DNA of 64,000 nt, taken from assembly GCF_006345805.1 (NCBI RefSeq), contig NC_043010.1, positions 39,680,001 through 39,744,000 on the forward strand. The letters are read 5' to 3'. A model generated the notes under the pieces. The model saw only the letters and a list, made by a program, of their open reading frames with translations. It had not been told where the DNA came from and did not search any database. Position numbers and translations under genes: made by a program. Origin of the DNA: Octopus sinensis (Eukaryota). This document shows, one piece after another, positions 61,107 through 64,000 of this stretch (within the stretch, counting starts at the first letter, position 1; every line of letters begins with the position of its first letter).

Positions 61107-62904
61107 TCACTTTCACTTTGTGGCTGTGTTTCACTCTAGCTGAAGGAAACTTTATTGGCCAAGATAACTTGCTGCTCAATTATTTCTGGTAACAGTAACA
61201 GGAAATACACATACACACACACACATACTCATACATACATACACACACACGTGCACACACATACACGCACTATCAGAGACGCAAAATCAGACCCGCACAC
61301 ACATACACATGCATACACACACATGCATATACAAACATCAACACACGCACGCATGCACGCATTCACTCATACACACATTCAGACGCACCGCACAGAAATA
61401 CACATAAACACACTCACACATTCCTACACACACATGCACACACATAAATACACAATCAGACACGCAAACACAACCACATACATACAGAAAGATGCAAATA
61501 AACAGACACACACTTACTCATACACACACTCACACACAAATATCCACACACGCACAAACACACTCATTAACTCACTCACATACGCACACACAGATATTCA
61601 CTTATTCACACACACACATAAATACACACACATACACAACGCGCGTGCGCAGTCACCCGATTTCTACGAGTTAGATGCCAAGTTGCGACGTATTGCCATT
61701 ATTTTCCTGTGATTAATTCCAATTCATTGCCAAACGGATTGTATCTATAGTAGAGAAGCAAGGCTGTGTGTAATTTATTTCTGTTTTATCATTTAATTAC
61801 TTCAAATTAATTTTTAATTAAGGTTATCAGTGTTATTGTGATGTTGATGTTATTGATTAACGGCAGATCAAGAGTGATCGAGAGGTATTTTATGTGAATG
61901 CATTCGAAGCATGAAGATACGATTGAGTCGAGGCGTATAAGGGTGCCTTCAGAACGCCGCTGTTATGCCCCCAATTATTTTTTTATGTTCTGTGCAACGC
62001 TCGGGTGTGATTTAAGGGTGGTACCAGGACAAACCATTACATACTGGGTATTTGAAGGACGGTCATCTTCAAAATTAACATTGTAATCATTCCTGATGAT
62101 GGTGACGATGTCAAGGATAATGACGTCGATGAAGATCAATACAGTTAACAAGATGATGATGAGGAGGACGGTCAGGGGTAGAAGGAGAAGGAAGAGGAGG
62201 GAGGTGATCTTATCATGATGATGATGGTCATGGCAGTTGTGGTGATTGTAGTTGGTGTAGGTGCGATGGTCACGAGAAAGCGGAGAATGATAACATTGTA
62301 AATGATGACAATGACATCGATGTCCCCAAATTGACAGGCTACAATAAGGACATATATGCAAATAACGATATTGATGATGAGGAGAAATATGAAGTTGATG
62401 ATGATGATGATGATGATGATGACGACAACGTCGAGGATGATAATGATGACGCTGACGATCATCGTGTTCCTTATGTTCTTCATCAATGTTATGATCGTGA
62501 TGGAAATGAGCATTGCAACGAAGTATTTTGTTCTATATATTGTAGGTCTTACCCTTGTGTATATATGCATAAGTGTGTAACTGTGTGTGAATGTGCGTAT
62601 ATTCTGGTGTGCATGTATCCTTGAGTGTCTCAGGTTTGTTTGTCTCACTTTCTCCATATGTGTGTCTATGTTTCTATGGATGTATATACTTATAGTAAAT
62701 AAATTCTATGAAGAGATTTTCTTTGAGTGTAGTCAGAAATTATATAACAAAATAGGAAAACGCACACAATTTATAAATTTTTGATATACATTCAAGAAGA
62801 AAGTAGTAACATCGTCTACCACTTTCGCGTCTCGATAATCATGACATTGAAATTGGTGAAAATATTATTCACAGTCTTTAGAACTTTCTGTGTGTTGTTC
62901 TGTA

Positions 62905-62967
62905 AATATTACTATTATTATTATATAACTGTTCAATATTTGGGAGACTGAGGAAACTTTCTACTGC

Positions 62968-63010
<43 letters not shown>

Positions 63011-63025
63011 GTTATTGTTATTGTT

Positions 63026-63057
<32 letters not shown>

Positions 63058-63070
63058 ACTCATCATCATA

Positions 63071-63123
<53 letters not shown>

Positions 63124-63143
63124 TATTATTATCATTATTATTA

Positions 63144-63205
<62 letters not shown>
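62905..63205. repeat. (ATT/ATC/GTT)n compound array
   Basis: Visible array. Confidence 0.95.
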
Positions 63206-63847
63206 GGTAACTGCTTGGAATCGAACTCAGAATCTTGGGGATGTTCTCTGTTTATTATTTTAACTGCATCCACCAGGGGGAGGTGTCCACAGTCGGTCTA
63301 CCCTACTAAATTCGCTGTTTTAGTTATGCATTAATACAAAACTAATAGTTAATACATCCATTTAACGTGTCATCGACACTACTATTTTCTGTAGTAGGAG
63401 TAAAAATATATGTATTTTAACCCAGAACCCCACTCTGAGCAGCAGATAACTGGATACCACTGAAATTAGGAGACCTCATTTTCCAGAAGCCCTCATTCAA
63501 ATATGATCTTAATCTGGGAATGGATACATGCAGACGACACGTCCATTAGCTTTAGCAAGAATTATGTGGAACGTCCTCCTCAGTATGAGGTAAAATCAGA
63601 TTTGAGAAGCATAATTACTCGTTTAGGAAGGGCACTCAATACTTTTCATTGTAGTTGTGATTCGGTAGGAAGCAGAATTGAAACGGAAACCGGGTACGGC
63701 ACCGATCACCTGAAGCAACAGAGGAAAAAATTAGGATGAACATGTAGCTGCTGCTGCTGTACACACACACACATATACATACACACGAGCGTGCACTCAC
63801 ACACAGTCACAAACAAACATACACACGCATATATATATATATATATA

Positions 63848-64000
63848 TAAAGGGGGAGTTTACGGACAAAAAACAAAAGACGAAGACATGGGGTGTACAA
63901 AACAAACGCTCAGGAATGGAAAAATCTTTTTTACCTTTTGAGCCTACGCTCTTCTACAGTAAGGGACACAGAAGAAACAAGGAGAGAAAAAATGTATGTA
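63848..64000 (-). repeat. Dispersed repeat with a decayed hammerhead-like core, cut by the window edge
   Basis: Homologous to 33840-34115. The minus strand at 63925-63958 reads CUGUAGA-A-GAGC-GUAG-GCUC-AAAAG-GUA. Confidence 0.55.

Noticed and set aside
62090-62660. Acidic D/E-rich ORF (62331-62624) and neighbours
   Set aside because: Degenerate (GAT)n/(GAG)n low-complexity sequence, open on both strands.

Overview
AT-rich eukaryotic intergenic or intronic DNA, dense in microsatellites and interspersed repeats. The repeat repertoire looks like an octopod (Octopus) genome; this is inferred from recall of repeat families, not from a search. I found no host protein-coding exon, rRNA, true tRNA gene or CRISPR array that I can support. 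Most ORF-track entries are microsatellite translations. The window contains at least four tRNA-derived SINE families, non-LTR retrotransposon relics (Tx1/L1, RTE, R4/Dong, CR1-like), Penelope-like (PLE) relics, mariner/Tc1 relics, MITEs and a non-autonomous Helitron-like element. Main findings: (1) several hammerhead ribozyme (HHR) motifs, including a near-canonical type I HHR at 18783-18833, a sense/antisense HHR pair inside an A-B-A'-C-B'-A'' foldback at 18950-20035, and a same-strand pair at 30.4 and 31.4 kb whose two copies together rebuild an essentially complete core (one extra U after A9); (2) a 2.56 kb ORF1-only Tx1/L1-like element with a 16-bp target-site duplication (TSD), inserted in the tRNA-like head of a SINE; (3) two Tx1-clade insertions in one (GATA)n array, suggesting microsatellite targeting. 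Coordinates of degenerate repeats are approximate (about +/-10-20 nt). All alignments and identities were judged by eye.
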